Shown: positions 9,464-19,543, numbered from the stretch's first letter. The stretch: 64,000 nucleotides of DNA from Dehalococcoidia bacterium (GCA_965237445.1 OZ250142.1:386824-450823); one strand, 5' to 3'. Made by a program: numbers and translations. The notes: a model not told the origin generated them from the sequence alone.

Positions 9464-10358
9464 CGGCCCGGAGTCGCCGGAGCGGGTGCTGCACCGCCTC
9501 GACTGGCAAGTGGTGCGGCGCCTCGACGGGATTCTGCACGGGGACTACCGGAGCCTGTTCATGGGCGGAGGGCTGGACTTCGCCGAGCTGCGCGAGTACC
9601 AGCCGCCGGACGATATCCGGCATATTGACTGGAACGTCACGGCGCGGATGGACATGCCGTTCGTGCGCCGGTACCTGGAAGACCGCGAAATCACCGCGTG
9701 GTTCCTTGTGGACCTCAGCCCGTCGATGGGGTTCGGGGGGCCGGAGCGGCACAAGGCGAGCGTCATCGTGGACCTGGTGGGGCTGCTGGCGCGCCTGCTC
9801 ACGCGCAACGGTAACCGCGTGGGGGCGATGCTGTACGACAACGACATCGCGCACGTTATCCCCCCAGGCGGCGGACGGCGACAGGTGCTCAGGCTGATCA
9901 ACGACATCCAGAATCAGCAGTCTTCTTCAGGCGGAGCCATGACGGACCTGACAGGGCTTCTGGAATGGGCGTTCAACACCGCCAGGCGGCGCTCGCTCAT
10001 CTTCGTGGCATCGGACTTCATTTGCCTGCCAGGCTGGGAGGGGGCCATGGACCGGTTGAACCGGAAGCACGAACTCCTGGCGGTGCGGCTCTGGGACCCG
10101 AGGGAGACGGACCTGCCGGACGTGGGGGTCGTGCTCGTGGAAGACTCGGAAACGGGCGCGCAGATGAGCGTGGATACGAGCGACAAGGGGTTCCGGCAGC
10201 GGTTCCGAGAAGCCGCCCGCCGACGGGAGGAGGAGCTGGCACTCAGCTTCAAGCGAGCGGGAGTTGACGAGCTGCCATTGTCGACGGAGGAAGACCTGGT
10301 GCCGGCGATCCTTCGATTTGCCGAGCTACGCAGCAAGGCCAAGGGCCTGCGGCGGTAG
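9435..10358 (+). CDS. DUF58 domain protein (MoxR-associated, VWA-like)
   Basis: GDYRS..G.G.DF.E.REYQPGDD.R.IDW-type motif (GDYRSLFMGGGLDFAELREYQPPDDIRHIDW). GTG start overlaps the moxR end by 29 nt. Confidence 0.85.
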   Translation: MSTQAPAQASGPESPERVLHRLDWQVVRRLDGILHGDYRSLFMGGGLDFAELREYQPPDDIRHIDWNVTARMDMPFVRRYLEDREITAWFLVDLSPSMGFGGPERHKASVIVDLVGLLARLLTRNGNRVGAMLYDNDIAHVIPPGGGRRQVLRLINDIQNQQSSSGGAMTDLTGLLEWAFNTARRRSLIFVASDFICLPGWEGAMDRLNRKHELLAVRLWDPRETDLPDVGVVLVEDSETGAQMSVDTSDKGFRQRFREAARRREEELALSFKRAGVDELPLSTEEDLVPAILRFAELRSKAKGLRR

Positions 10359-10371
10359 GGGAAGAGCAGCG

Positions 10372-11370
10372 GTGTCCTTCATCTGGCCGTGGGTCCTCGT
10401 GTCACTGATCGCGCTGCCGGCGTGCGTCTACCTGTACGGGATCCTACAGCGGAGGAGGAGCGGGAGCGCGGCCCGGCTGGGCGCCATGGGAGCGGTGGCA
10501 GGCGGCCCGGGCGATGCGGCCGGGGCTTCGCCGGGAAGAAGGCGCCACATCCCGCCAATCATCCTACTGATTGGAGTGGCGGTGCTGGCGCTGGCTTCGG
10601 CGCGGCCACAGTTGATATTGCCGCTGCCGTATATGGAGGGCACGGTGGTGCTGACGCTGGACGTGTCGTCCAGCATGATCGCCGGCGACGTGCAGCCCAC
10701 GAGAATGGAGGCTGCCAAGCTGGCGGCCAAGACGCTTGTGGACGGGCGGCCCAGCGGCACGAGTATCGGCGTCGTGTCGTTCGGAGAGGGCGGGCTCGTG
10801 GTGCGCGCGCCGACCGACGACGAGGAGGAGCTGTACGCGACCATCGACCTGCTCGCCCCACAGAGCGCGACGTCGCTTGGTACCGGGATACTGACGGCGC
10901 TGGAACTCATCACGAGGAAGATTGGGCCCGGCCCGACGGACTCGGCGCTGGCAGCAGACGAGGGGCATGAGGGCGGGCTCGCGCCGGCGGTCATCGTGCT
11001 GCTGACCGACGGGGAGAACACCGCCCCTCCGGACCCGCTGGAGGCAGCGCAAGTGGCGGCGGAACGCGGTGTGCGCGTACACACGGTGGGCATCGGGACG
11101 GCCAAAGGGACGACGATAGACATCGACGGGTTCAGCCTGTTCACGAGAATGCACGAGCCGCTGTTGCAGGACATCGCGCTGGTTACCGAAGGCGAATTCT
11201 TCAGGATTGAGGATACCGAGGACTTTTCCTCGGTGTACGATCAGCTCGAGACCGAGTTCGTGCTTGAATCGCGCGAGGTCGAGGTCACGTCCGCGTTCGC
11301 AGGCGCCGGCGCGCTGATTCTGATCGCAGGCGGGATGCTCTCGCTGCTCTGGTTCGGCCGAGCGCCGTAG
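10372..11370 (+). CDS. VWA domain-containing membrane protein (BatA-like)
   Basis: N-terminal TM segment (VSFIWPWVLVSLIALP), VWA MIDAS-like LTLDVSSSM and a C-terminal TM segment. GTG 10372 follows the upstream stop; the ORF is open from 10264. Confidence 0.8.
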   Translation: MSFIWPWVLVSLIALPACVYLYGILQRRRSGSAARLGAMGAVAGGPGDAAGASPGRRRHIPPIILLIGVAVLALASARPQLILPLPYMEGTVVLTLDVSSSMIAGDVQPTRMEAAKLAAKTLVDGRPSGTSIGVVSFGEGGLVVRAPTDDEEELYATIDLLAPQSATSLGTGILTALELITRKIGPGPTDSALAADEGHEGGLAPAVIVLLTDGENTAPPDPLEAAQVAAERGVRVHTVGIGTAKGTTIDIDGFSLFTRMHEPLLQDIALVTEGEFFRIEDTEDFSSVYDQLETEFVLESREVEVTSAFAGAGALILIAGGMLSLLWFGRAP

Positions 11371-11382
11371 AGGGAGGCAGTC

Positions 11383-12459
11383 TTGGGATTCCTCTGGCCG
11401 GCCTTTCTTCTGTTTCTAGCGGCGATCCCGCTGATTGTGGCGGCGTACGCGCTGATGCTCAGGAGAAGACGGCGCTTTGCGGTCCACTACTCCAGCATTT
11501 CCCTGATCCAGCAGGCAATGCCCGGGAGGCTTCGATGGCGGCGCCACGTGCCGTTCGGCCTCATGGTGGTTGCCATCACGCTACTAATCCTGGCGCTTGC
11601 GCGCCCGTTCGCTGACGTGACCGTGGCTTCCAACCGGACCACCGTCATGCTGGCGCTCGACGTTTCGTGGAGCATGTGCGCCGACGATGTGGCCCCGAAC
11701 AGGCTCACGATAGCGCAGGAGGCCAGCGAGAGGTTCATCGACAGCCAGGAGCCGGGCACGCGAGTTGGAATCGTGGCGTTCGCCGGCATGGCGCAGGTGA
11801 TTGTTCCTCCCACGACCGACAGAGAGGAGCTGTCCGAGGCGGTTGCGAATCTGACCACCGGGATGGGCACTGCGGTTGGCAGCGCCATCGCCCGGTCGCT
11901 GGACGCGCTAGCCGAGGTCAACCCCGAGATCCCGCCTGTGAGCGTGTACATGGGGCAGAGCGACGGCCAGACCGACCCAGGCCTGGAAGAGTACTGGCAG
12001 CCGGATGTGATCGTTCTGCTCACCGACGGAGCGAGCAATCGAGGTGTGAGGCCGTTGATCGCCGCCCATGCCGCGCGGGACAGGGGCGTGCGGGTGTACA
12101 CGGTCGGCTTCGGTACAACGGGCAGGGCAGTGCTCAGGTGCACGCCGGCACAGCTTGGCGGCGGAGAACTGCCCGAACGCCTGAGGCGAGCCGGATTCGG
12201 GAGCGTCAGCGGTGGATTTGGATTCTGGAACGTCCTAATGCCGGACGAGTGGACTCTAAGCCGAATCGCTGATATCACGGACGCCGAGTACTACCTGGCC
12301 GAGGGAGCGGACGAGCTGCTGGATGTCTTCTCGACCATACCGGTGCAGATCGAAAAGCAGGAGGTGCGCACGGAGGTGTCGGCGGTGCTGACCGGCATCA
12401 GCGCCCTGCTTGCACTCGCGGCTGTTGCGCTCGGCCTGCGCTGGAGCCCCCTGCCCTAG
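11383..12459 (+). CDS. VWA domain-containing membrane protein (BatB-like)
   Basis: N-terminal TMs, LALDVSWSM MIDAS motif and a C-terminal TM. Last gene of the moxR operon. Confidence 0.8.
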   Translation: MGFLWPAFLLFLAAIPLIVAAYALMLRRRRRFAVHYSSISLIQQAMPGRLRWRRHVPFGLMVVAITLLILALARPFADVTVASNRTTVMLALDVSWSMCADDVAPNRLTIAQEASERFIDSQEPGTRVGIVAFAGMAQVIVPPTTDREELSEAVANLTTGMGTAVGSAIARSLDALAEVNPEIPPVSVYMGQSDGQTDPGLEEYWQPDVIVLLTDGASNRGVRPLIAAHAARDRGVRVYTVGFGTTGRAVLRCTPAQLGGGELPERLRRAGFGSVSGGFGFWNVLMPDEWTLSRIADITDAEYYLAEGADELLDVFSTIPVQIEKQEVRTEVSAVLTGISALLALAAVALGLRWSPLP

Positions 12460-12664
12460 TGCTTCGTTCGCGGTCCGACAGCGGCCAGGGTGCGAGGGGT
12501 CCAGTAGTAGAAGATCCGATACCCGATTATGTTCACGAATGCTCCAACCGCCGCACCAACCGCCAACCCAATGAAGGCGCCAACGATGCCGCCCGTTACG
12601 CCGGCGAGCGCCCAGGCAATCAGGGCCCCTACCGGTGCGTCACGCGGTCCGCACGTTTCAGCAT
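12456..12664 (-). pseudogene. Possible small glycine-zipper membrane protein, start and body in different frames
   Basis: A strong SD plus ATG (aaaggaggctccaATG, ATG at 12664-12662) opens an 11-codon frame. The -1 frame then encodes GALIAWALAGVTGGIVGAFIGLAVGAAVGAFVNIIGY..., which has no start codon of its own. Confidence 0.3.
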
Positions 12665-12829
12665 TGGAGCCTCCTTTCGGAATGCGGTAGAGCCCAGACT
12701 ACTGGACATGCGCGATTGATGTGAACCGGAGACTGAATTCCTGCTAGAGCCGCATCTGAATTACGGACTCATCCAAAGTTGAGCGATCGTGCGGGGTCAT
12801 TCCCGGTGGCCCGGTCCACGAGAGACAAC

Positions 12830-13645
12830 TCAACGCAGGTGGACAATGTTTCCTGTGATCAGCCGCGCGTGGTGTGACGCAAGGTACGCGATGACATGGG
12901 CGACATCTTCCGGCTCTGCGATGTGCAGGAGATCCGGGCGGTCCCGCACATGCTGCCTTACTTCCTCAGTTACCCAGCCGGTGTCGGTGACGGGCGGGTA
13001 CACGATGTTGGCGGTGATTCCTCTGTGAGCCAGCTCGAACGCCGCCGACATCGTGTAGTTCTCGAGGGCGGCCTTCGCGGCCCCGTACGAGACTTCGCCA
13101 AGGAGCCCTCCCCGTCCTCCCGAAGTCAGTCCGATGATGCGACCCCACCTCGCACCGCGCTCCATGTGGCGCCTCGCGAACTCGGCGATCATCGTGGCAG
13201 CGCCCCGGGCATCCACCGCAAACTAACGCTCGAACGTTTCCGCGGAGACTGGGTGAAGGAGCCGACCGAAGCCGTCACGGGACTCCCCCGCAAATGTGTC
13301 CTTTTGGTCCGCGGAGGCGTTGTTGACCAGAATGTCCACGGGGCCAAGCTCGGCCTCTGCAACATCGAACAGGCGTAGAGGTGTCTGCGGATCGGCGAGG
13401 TCGGCCTCTACTGCCGTGGCCTGTCCTCCCTCCGCATGGATTGCGCCAACAAACTGTCCGGCGCCGGTGGCCCGTACGCGTTTGTACGCCTCTGGCCTAC
13501 CGGCATCCTTGTCTTCGCGAATTCTCAGGTAGGTGACGAGCACTCGAGCACTGCACTTGGCCAGGACGAGCGCGGTAGCAGCACCGATGCCGTGATTCGC
13601 GCCGGTGACTATTGCTACGTGGCCGGTTAGGTCAAAGAGTGTCAT
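12830..13645 (-). pseudogene. SDR-family oxidoreductase interrupted by an in-frame TAG (13223-13225)
   Basis: TGANHGIG (cofactor motif) lies upstream of the stop and YGAAKAA (catalytic YxxxK) downstream, in the same frame: ...SAETFER*FAVDARG... Confidence 0.8.
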
Positions 13646-13913
13646 TGGCAAAGCTCTTGGCTGATTGGGAGCAAGACTCGGACTTCCAAACACCCTCCCG
13701 CCCGCCAAGATTATGCTGTTGTCGGCGGCAACGCCAGCAGACTACCGGGAGCACAGCTACGTCGATCCTGCAACAGTGGAGAGGGTTGGCCTGTGGGCAC
13801 CTTTCAGTACTAGCTGAGCCCGGTCCCGGCTCGACCATTTTGAGATTGACACGGCGGCGGTTCGACATATGATGAGATGGCAGACAGAGAACAGCATCGA
13901 GCAGGAGCAAACT

Positions 13914-14348
13914 ATGGCCGAATACATACCGTCGCCTTCGGACTGGGTGCGCGAGCAGGTGGAACTTTACGAGGGCAGCGGAGGCACTGAGGGGACGACG
14001 CTGCGGGAAACCGGCCTGCCGGTGATCATCGTAACGAACCGCGGGCACCGGACGCGGGCGGTCCGCAAGACGCCGCTCATGCGTGTGAAGGACGGCGACA
14101 ACTACGTGCTCGTGGGATCACAGGGCGGAGCGCCAACGAACCCACAGTGGGTGTACAACCTTCGCGCTAACGCCAACGTGGAGATCCGGGATGAGACCGA
14201 GGTCAACTCAATGCGGGTCCGCGAGGTCGAGGACGCCGGGGAAAGGGCGCGGCTGTGGGATCTGGCGGTTGCCGCCTTCTCGCCATACGGGGAGTACCAG
14301 GAGCGCACAACCCGGCGGATCCCTGTCTTCCTAGCGGAGCCATCGTAG
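13914..14348 (+). CDS. Deazaflavin (F420)-dependent nitroreductase-family protein (DUF385/Ddn-like)
   Basis: ...GAPTNPQWVYNLRANANVEI... and the C-terminal RRIPVFLAEP are typical of the family. ATG 13914 is taken as the start. Confidence 0.7.
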   Translation: MAEYIPSPSDWVREQVELYEGSGGTEGTTLRETGLPVIIVTNRGHRTRAVRKTPLMRVKDGDNYVLVGSQGGAPTNPQWVYNLRANANVEIRDETEVNSMRVREVEDAGERARLWDLAVAAFSPYGEYQERTTRRIPVFLAEPS

Positions 14349-14544
14349 CCTTTCAGGCGGCTTTGGGCTGGTCATGGTGAGTAGCCGGAGCCGCAACTAG
14401 CGCCTGACGACGGAGCCGTCGACGCGGCACGGCGCTAAACAGTCCCGGCGACCTGAACGCCACGAGGGACTTTTCGCCGCTTCGCCCTGCATGTGGAGAT
14501 CATGCGGGTACCGCCGCGAACATACTATTCCGGCGCTCGGCCCG

Positions 14545-15834
14545 CTATATGGGCTCCACGTGCGCGGGGGTGGGCTCGACGAGGACGGCGCCGTCCGGGA
14601 ATGTGTCCGAGTAGATGTCGCCCACAGGGGTCCAGCGCTGTGAGTGCGCAGACTCACGGGCGGCGAGACACATTGCCGAGCTGAGCAGACCGGAGGCGAG
14701 GCCTGTACGGGACTCGTCGCGGCCGAGGCAGACATCGACGAAGTTTCGGGCCAGCGCCTCGTCGCCGCCGAGGTGGCCGGACGTCTCGGTGAAGCGGATG
14801 GAGTCGACCCTGTCACGGTGATGATCAATGACGGTGACGTCGCCCTCATACCAATCGAACGATAACGTCGCCTGGTAGCCGGTTATGGTGGCCCCGCGAG
14901 AGGCAGCAGACCGTCGAGAGAGGAAGTTCTGGGTGTAGGCAGCGTGCGCGCCGCCTTCGTACGCCAGGAGAGCGGCTCCGGCGTCCTGCAACTCGATGCC
15001 ATCACCGTACACGCAGAAGTGGTCGCCCGTGCCAACGCCGCCGTCATCGCCTCGCCGCGCCACACCATGCGGGCTCTCGAGGCAGGCGCCAGACAGCTCA
15101 CACGCCGAGCAGCGCAGGTGGTGGGGCATATCTCCACCATATGCCTTGCGGGTCATGACGGCTGAGACGGCGGCCGGAACGCCGAGCAGCGCGTTGAGAT
15201 AGTCGAAGTCGTGAGTGGCCTTCTGCAGCCACATCCCGCCCGTAACGTCGAAGTCCCGATAAGCCGGGCTTGCGTAGTAGACACCGCCGTACGGCACGTA
15301 GTTGACGGCCTGAACCTGGTTCACGGCACCCAGGCGGCCGTTTTCAACGACCTCCATGACCTTTCGAAAGAGCGGCGTGACGCGCAAGGGGAAGGAGACG
15401 ACCACTGACTTCTCACGGCCTCTGTAGGCGTCGCGGAGGGCAACGATCTGCTCATAGGAAGTGGCGACCGGCTTTTCGAGGTACAGCGGAAGTCCGGCCG
15501 GCGCGGCCTTAACGGCCAGCGGGGTGTGAGTGTTGCACGGAGACCCAATCAGGAGCGCGTCAAAATCGCCCGCATGGCCGAGCATCTCGTTGGAGTCCGC
15601 GAAGAAGGCCGCGTCACGCTCCGGCAGCTCTGCGTCCCGAAGCCGTCGCCGTGCCCCGTCCCGGTCGGGATCGGCCACGGCAACGACGCGGAGGCGGCTA
15701 TGGACCCGGCGGAAGATGCCAAGCAGCGATACGGCACGGTCTCCGAGTCCGATAACTCCTAGACGCAGCTCCTGTTCCACCTGGATGCCTCCGGCGGCGC
15801 CCGGATAAGTCAGAGTAGGCGCGGGCAGCCTCAA
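14545..15834 (-). CDS. Gfo/Idh/MocA-family oxidoreductase
   Basis: N-terminal Rossmann motif LRLGVIGLGDRA and EKP motif (LYLEKPVA). 429 aa. Confidence 0.8.
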   Translation of the reverse strand: MRLPAPTLTYPGAAGGIQVEQELRLGVIGLGDRAVSLLGIFRRVHSRLRVVAVADPDRDGARRRLRDAELPERDAAFFADSNEMLGHAGDFDALLIGSPCNTHTPLAVKAAPAGLPLYLEKPVATSYEQIVALRDAYRGREKSVVVSFPLRVTPLFRKVMEVVENGRLGAVNQVQAVNYVPYGGVYYASPAYRDFDVTGGMWLQKATHDFDYLNALLGVPAAVSAVMTRKAYGGDMPHHLRCSACELSGACLESPHGVARRGDDGGVGTGDHFCVYGDGIELQDAGAALLAYEGGAHAAYTQNFLSRRSAASRGATITGYQATLSFDWYEGDVTVIDHHRDRVDSIRFTETSGHLGGDEALARNFVDVCLGRDESRTGLASGLLSSAMCLAARESAHSQRWTPVGDIYSDTFPDGAVLVEPTPAHVEPI

Positions 15835-16037
15835 GAATCGTTAGCGTCATGCCCAATTTTATGTGCAGGATTGCGGGGTCGCAACGCGGCCGCCAGCGCG
15901 ACAAGTTCGCATACTCCGGCGTCAATGCGTTGCTTGCGGCGAGAACCAAGCGGCCGACTCTGCCAAACATCGAGAGTCCCGGACTTCAATGGCTGTGACC
16001 GCAGCAATGTCAGCGCAGAGAGGCCGACGGCTCCAAC

Positions 16038-17330
16038 TCACGGCCTCACGATGGAGCCGTCGGCGCGGCGGACCTCGCTCCACGCGCCTCCGTACGCCAT
16101 GTCCTGATGCGGGAACTTTGCGGCGAGGGCCTCGTCTACGTCTATGCCCAGACCAGGCTTGCCGTTCGACCACATGTGGCCATCGCGCACCTCGGGGTAG
16201 CCGGGGAAGACCTCGCGGGTGCGCTCTCCGAAGATTGAGTACTCCTGAATGCCGAAGTTCCAGCAGTTCAGGTCGAGCATGAGGTTTGCCGCGTGACCGA
16301 CCGGAGAGGTGTCGCCGGGGCCGTGCCATGCGGTGCGGACTCCGAACAGCTCGGCCATCGCGGCCAGCTTGCGACACGGGGTGATGCCACCCATCTGGGA
16401 TACGTGGACGCGAACGAAGTCTATAAGCCGGTCTTTGATCATCGGAACGACCTCGTGCGGGTTGTTCCATAGCTCGCCCATGGCCAACGGCGTGGCGCAC
16501 TGACGGCGCACCATGCGGAAGTACTCCTGGTCCTCCGGAGCAAAGAGGTCCTCGAGGAAGAAGAGCCGGTACTTCTCGACCTCCTTGGCGAACCAGACAC
16601 CGTCGATGGGCGGGATGCGCTCGTGAACGTCGTGCAGCATCTCAAAGTCGTAGCCGGAGCGGTCACGGATGTGCTCGAACAGACGGAGCGCGCTGTCGAT
16701 GTACGGCCTCGGCTCGAAGATGCCGCCGGGGTGCGCGTACAGCCTGTCCGGGGACTCGTCTCTGACCCAGGACGTGACTGCCCGCGGCCCGCCTCCTAAA
16801 GGGCCGGCGTCCTCCGGCGAGGGGTCCGCGCCCTTCGTGCCGTACGTGGAGTAGCCGGGCGTGTCGACCTGTACCCGGATGTGATGGAAGCCCTGTTCCT
16901 TGAAGGCGTCGACACGGTCGGCAACCTCGGCTGGCTCCCGTCCCGACGCGTGCACATAGACGGCCGCGGCTTCCCTGGCTCTGCCGCCGAGGAGATCGTA
17001 AACGGGCATGCCGGCCATCTTGCCCTTGATGTCCCACAGGGCCTGGTCCACGCCGCTGAGGGCGTTTTGGAGAACGCCGCCGTTTCGCCAGTATGAGCTC
17101 ACGTAAGCCGACTGCCAGATGTCCTCGATGTCTTGCACGTTCCGGCCCACCAGGAACGGCCGCAGGTAGTCTTCAACTGCGGACTTTACGGGGAGCGGGC
17201 GTTGAGTGAAGGTGGCGCAGCCGACTCCGTGGAGGCCGGGCTCGCTGGTCTCGACCTTCACGATGACCAGCCGGATGCCGTCCGGCTCGGTCAGTATGGC
17301 TCGGATGTCGCGGATGGTGACTTGGCTCAT
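16038..17330 (-). CDS. Enolase-superfamily dehydratase (D-mannonate/D-galactonate dehydratase-like, ManD/RspA group)
   Basis: 430 aa. The N-terminal capping domain (ITDIR..VKVETSEPGLHGVGCATF, ALWDIKGK..GMPVYDLLGG) resembles the ManD subgroup. Confidence 0.8.
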   Translation of the reverse strand: MSQVTIRDIRAILTEPDGIRLVIVKVETSEPGLHGVGCATFTQRPLPVKSAVEDYLRPFLVGRNVQDIEDIWQSAYVSSYWRNGGVLQNALSGVDQALWDIKGKMAGMPVYDLLGGRAREAAAVYVHASGREPAEVADRVDAFKEQGFHHIRVQVDTPGYSTYGTKGADPSPEDAGPLGGGPRAVTSWVRDESPDRLYAHPGGIFEPRPYIDSALRLFEHIRDRSGYDFEMLHDVHERIPPIDGVWFAKEVEKYRLFFLEDLFAPEDQEYFRMVRRQCATPLAMGELWNNPHEVVPMIKDRLIDFVRVHVSQMGGITPCRKLAAMAELFGVRTAWHGPGDTSPVGHAANLMLDLNCWNFGIQEYSIFGERTREVFPGYPEVRDGHMWSNGKPGLGIDVDEALAAKFPHQDMAYGGAWSEVRRADGSIVRP

Positions 17331-17872
17331 GTGGCTGGTGTACGCTCATCTGCGGTGTTCGCGCCTAGTCTTTGCAAGCGCGGGATTATGGTACAGAGTT
17401 TGCCCTGCGGACCATTGTCCGAGCGGAGTCAACCTTGAAGCCTTGGTAGTGGGATGAACGGCTACTGAGGCGGAATTTTAACAGGAAGCGGAAGCTTCAA
17501 GTCGCCAAGACCAAGTTCAGTCAGATACTCACGGCCTCAGTCACTGAATGGCCACAGATGATGACTAAGCTCGGTTTGGAGACGGCCGTGCTAGTACCCA
17601 TTGAGCAGCGGAGGAGGCCTGAGAACATGGGCAAACATGGCACACTGTACCAAGCCCGTTCCCCGAGCGCGCCGACGGCGATCCTGCAGAGATGCCATCA
17701 TGCAACACTTGGGGGCTTAGCCAGGCCGTAGAACACTTCCTGTCCCGACCACAGGCGACCACAAGCGGACAGTTGAGGCAAGTTCAACGAAGAAGGCGCC
17801 GGAGCCAGCCCTACAGACGCCAAAGAAACTGAGAGAAGCCCGCCCAGTATGAATTATCCGCGCGTGTTCGAT

Positions 17873-18265
17873 TCAACCGTTCGAGTTACGCTCAGCGTCA
17901 TTGTTAAGCGCCTCCAGCGATCTGATCAGTTCCCTAGCGTCTTGGATACCCTCCCGAACGGAATCTTCGTCCAAGAACGCCTGATAGAAGTTAGCGTGAA
18001 GCGCCTCAATGGATCGAACTAACCTCCGCCTCTGCGCGGCGTTTACAAGATCCTTGCCGATCAGCCTGTTGGCATTCTCGATCAGATGTTGATGCGATCC
18101 TAGGGGCCATCCCCGCTGACGAGCAACAAAGTTCACATAGTGTGATACGGCTCCCCATGCTTTTTCGGAGGCTTGAAGCAGATCGCCCTTTCGAAACTCA
18201 TCCTCGGCGCTGTCTAGGAACTGAGCGCTAATCTTCCTATGCTGTTCTGCCGTAACCACGCTCAT
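17873..18265 (-). CDS. HEPN-like (PaREP1-like) helical protein
   Basis: 130 aa. GDLLQASEKAWGAVSHYV resembles the PaREP1/HEPN N-terminal helix. RGWPLGSH fits the HEPN Rx4-6H motif. Low-GC context; 4-nt ATGA overlap with the upstream gene. Confidence 0.55.
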   Translation of the reverse strand: MSVVTAEQHRKISAQFLDSAEDEFRKGDLLQASEKAWGAVSHYVNFVARQRGWPLGSHQHLIENANRLIGKDLVNAAQRRRLVRSIEALHANFYQAFLDEDSVREGIQDARELIRSLEALNNDAERNSNG

Positions 18266-18783
18266 TCGCCTCCATACGACTTGGGGATCGTGTACTCGAT
18301 TAGCGAGAATTGTCCTTCCACCACCAAAAACCGGATGGTGGTTTCGACTCCGTAAACGTCGACTAAGTGGAGGGGTTTGCCGATTTCGAAATGGGCAGCC
18401 GGCGTTGCAAGCCGACCATCGATCGCAATGTTATCACCGTACACATAGCCGTCTTTGTGTGGATTGAGTCTGCCTGATACTCCTGGAATGTAGCCAGTAC
18501 GACGGGTGAACAGAAGCGCTTTTCGTTCCTCTGTGGACGGTACTAGTTCCACGGGAATGTATTGTTGCCTTCCCGGCAAGAAGGTGTCATGGGAAGGCTC
18601 GAAGTCCTCGGCCGCCACAAGGATCTTCATATGCAGGTCAGTGCGATAAAGATCCAGCCGGCATTTCCCGTGGGTATCTGACTCACCCGTGAGATATCTC
18701 CCATCTGGATAGGCCACAAGTACTGACGCTCCGTCTACAGCCAACCCAGCGGCATCCTTTATCTGGAAGACAATCTCTGTCAT
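18262..18783 (-). CDS. Hypothetical protein; the N-terminal ~80 aa look like a carboxypeptidase-regulatory-like beta-sandwich and the C-terminal half is unassigned
   Basis: 173-aa ORF, translationally coupled to the HEPN-like gene. No family was recognised for residues ~90-173. Confidence 0.55.
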   Translation of the reverse strand: MTEIVFQIKDAAGLAVDGASVLVAYPDGRYLTGESDTHGKCRLDLYRTDLHMKILVAAEDFEPSHDTFLPGRQQYIPVELVPSTEERKALLFTRRTGYIPGVSGRLNPHKDGYVYGDNIAIDGRLATPAAHFEIGKPLHLVDVYGVETTIRFLVVEGQFSLIEYTIPKSYGGE

Positions 18784-19543
18784 GGCAATATCTCTCCGAC
18801 TAGTAAAAACAACGTTGCACTCTGGACTTCAAGCCTGAAATTTGAGCGCTCACACCTTGAATTCCTTACATGAGCATGGGAAGCTGCACCATAGGGATCA
18901 AGGATACTATCTATTTGATTAGCTTACAGCACACAAGCTAGGTCCATGTACTAGACGAACTGGAGTCCCGCAGACCTTCCTTGCGAAGCGTACGACTGGC
19001 GCATTTGCAGTAGAAGGGAGCGCGAGGATACAGCTAGCGGACTCACCAAGCGTATTTTAACCCCTCAATGCGTTACTCCTCAATTGAACACTTAATGCGA
19101 GCTATTCACGAAACGTTCGTTCTCAGCAACCCGTCACCTCCTAGATGAAGGCCAATTGGGCATTTGCCGGATCACTGGAGATGTCGAGCCTACTCATGGA
19201 TGCACCAATGATTGACCGTCTTTAATAGGCCGCTCTATGATGTTGCCGCTTTGACAGGACCCTTCTCAGAGCCTGAAACACGCCGAAGTGAGTAATCCCG
19301 GCTAATGCCCTTCCGTCAAGACGATCACCGCATAGTCCGTGTGTTTCGACGCCCGAGAGGACGCTACCGCCTGAGGGTGCGGCGAGGCGGGAGCCCTGGC
19401 AGACGTGTCGATGGACTCAGGGGGCGTCTCGGTGAGGCCACGCGCAAGTGTGGATACTCTTACATCAACCTGCATGCCCACCCGCCGCGACGCAACTTCG
19501 GACAGCCGGAGGGGCCAGCACCTCACGATGAGGGGCGATCGCG

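Noticed and set aside
12459-12719. 86-aa plus-strand ORF after the second VWA gene
   Set aside because: The translation is hydrophilic and low-complexity with no motif. The opposite strand carries an SD plus ATG and a coherent glycine-zipper membrane peptide.
12830-13645. In-frame TAG/TGA codons (SDR, PIN remnant, vapC) as recoding events such as pyrrolysine, selenocysteine or an alternative genetic code
   Set aside because: TAG and TGA are used as ordinary terminators by many well-delimited genes in this window; for example, R3-R7 end in TAG and R8/R9 in TGA. I saw no pyl or sel genes and no SECIS-like hairpin. The affected families have no known Pyl or Sec members.
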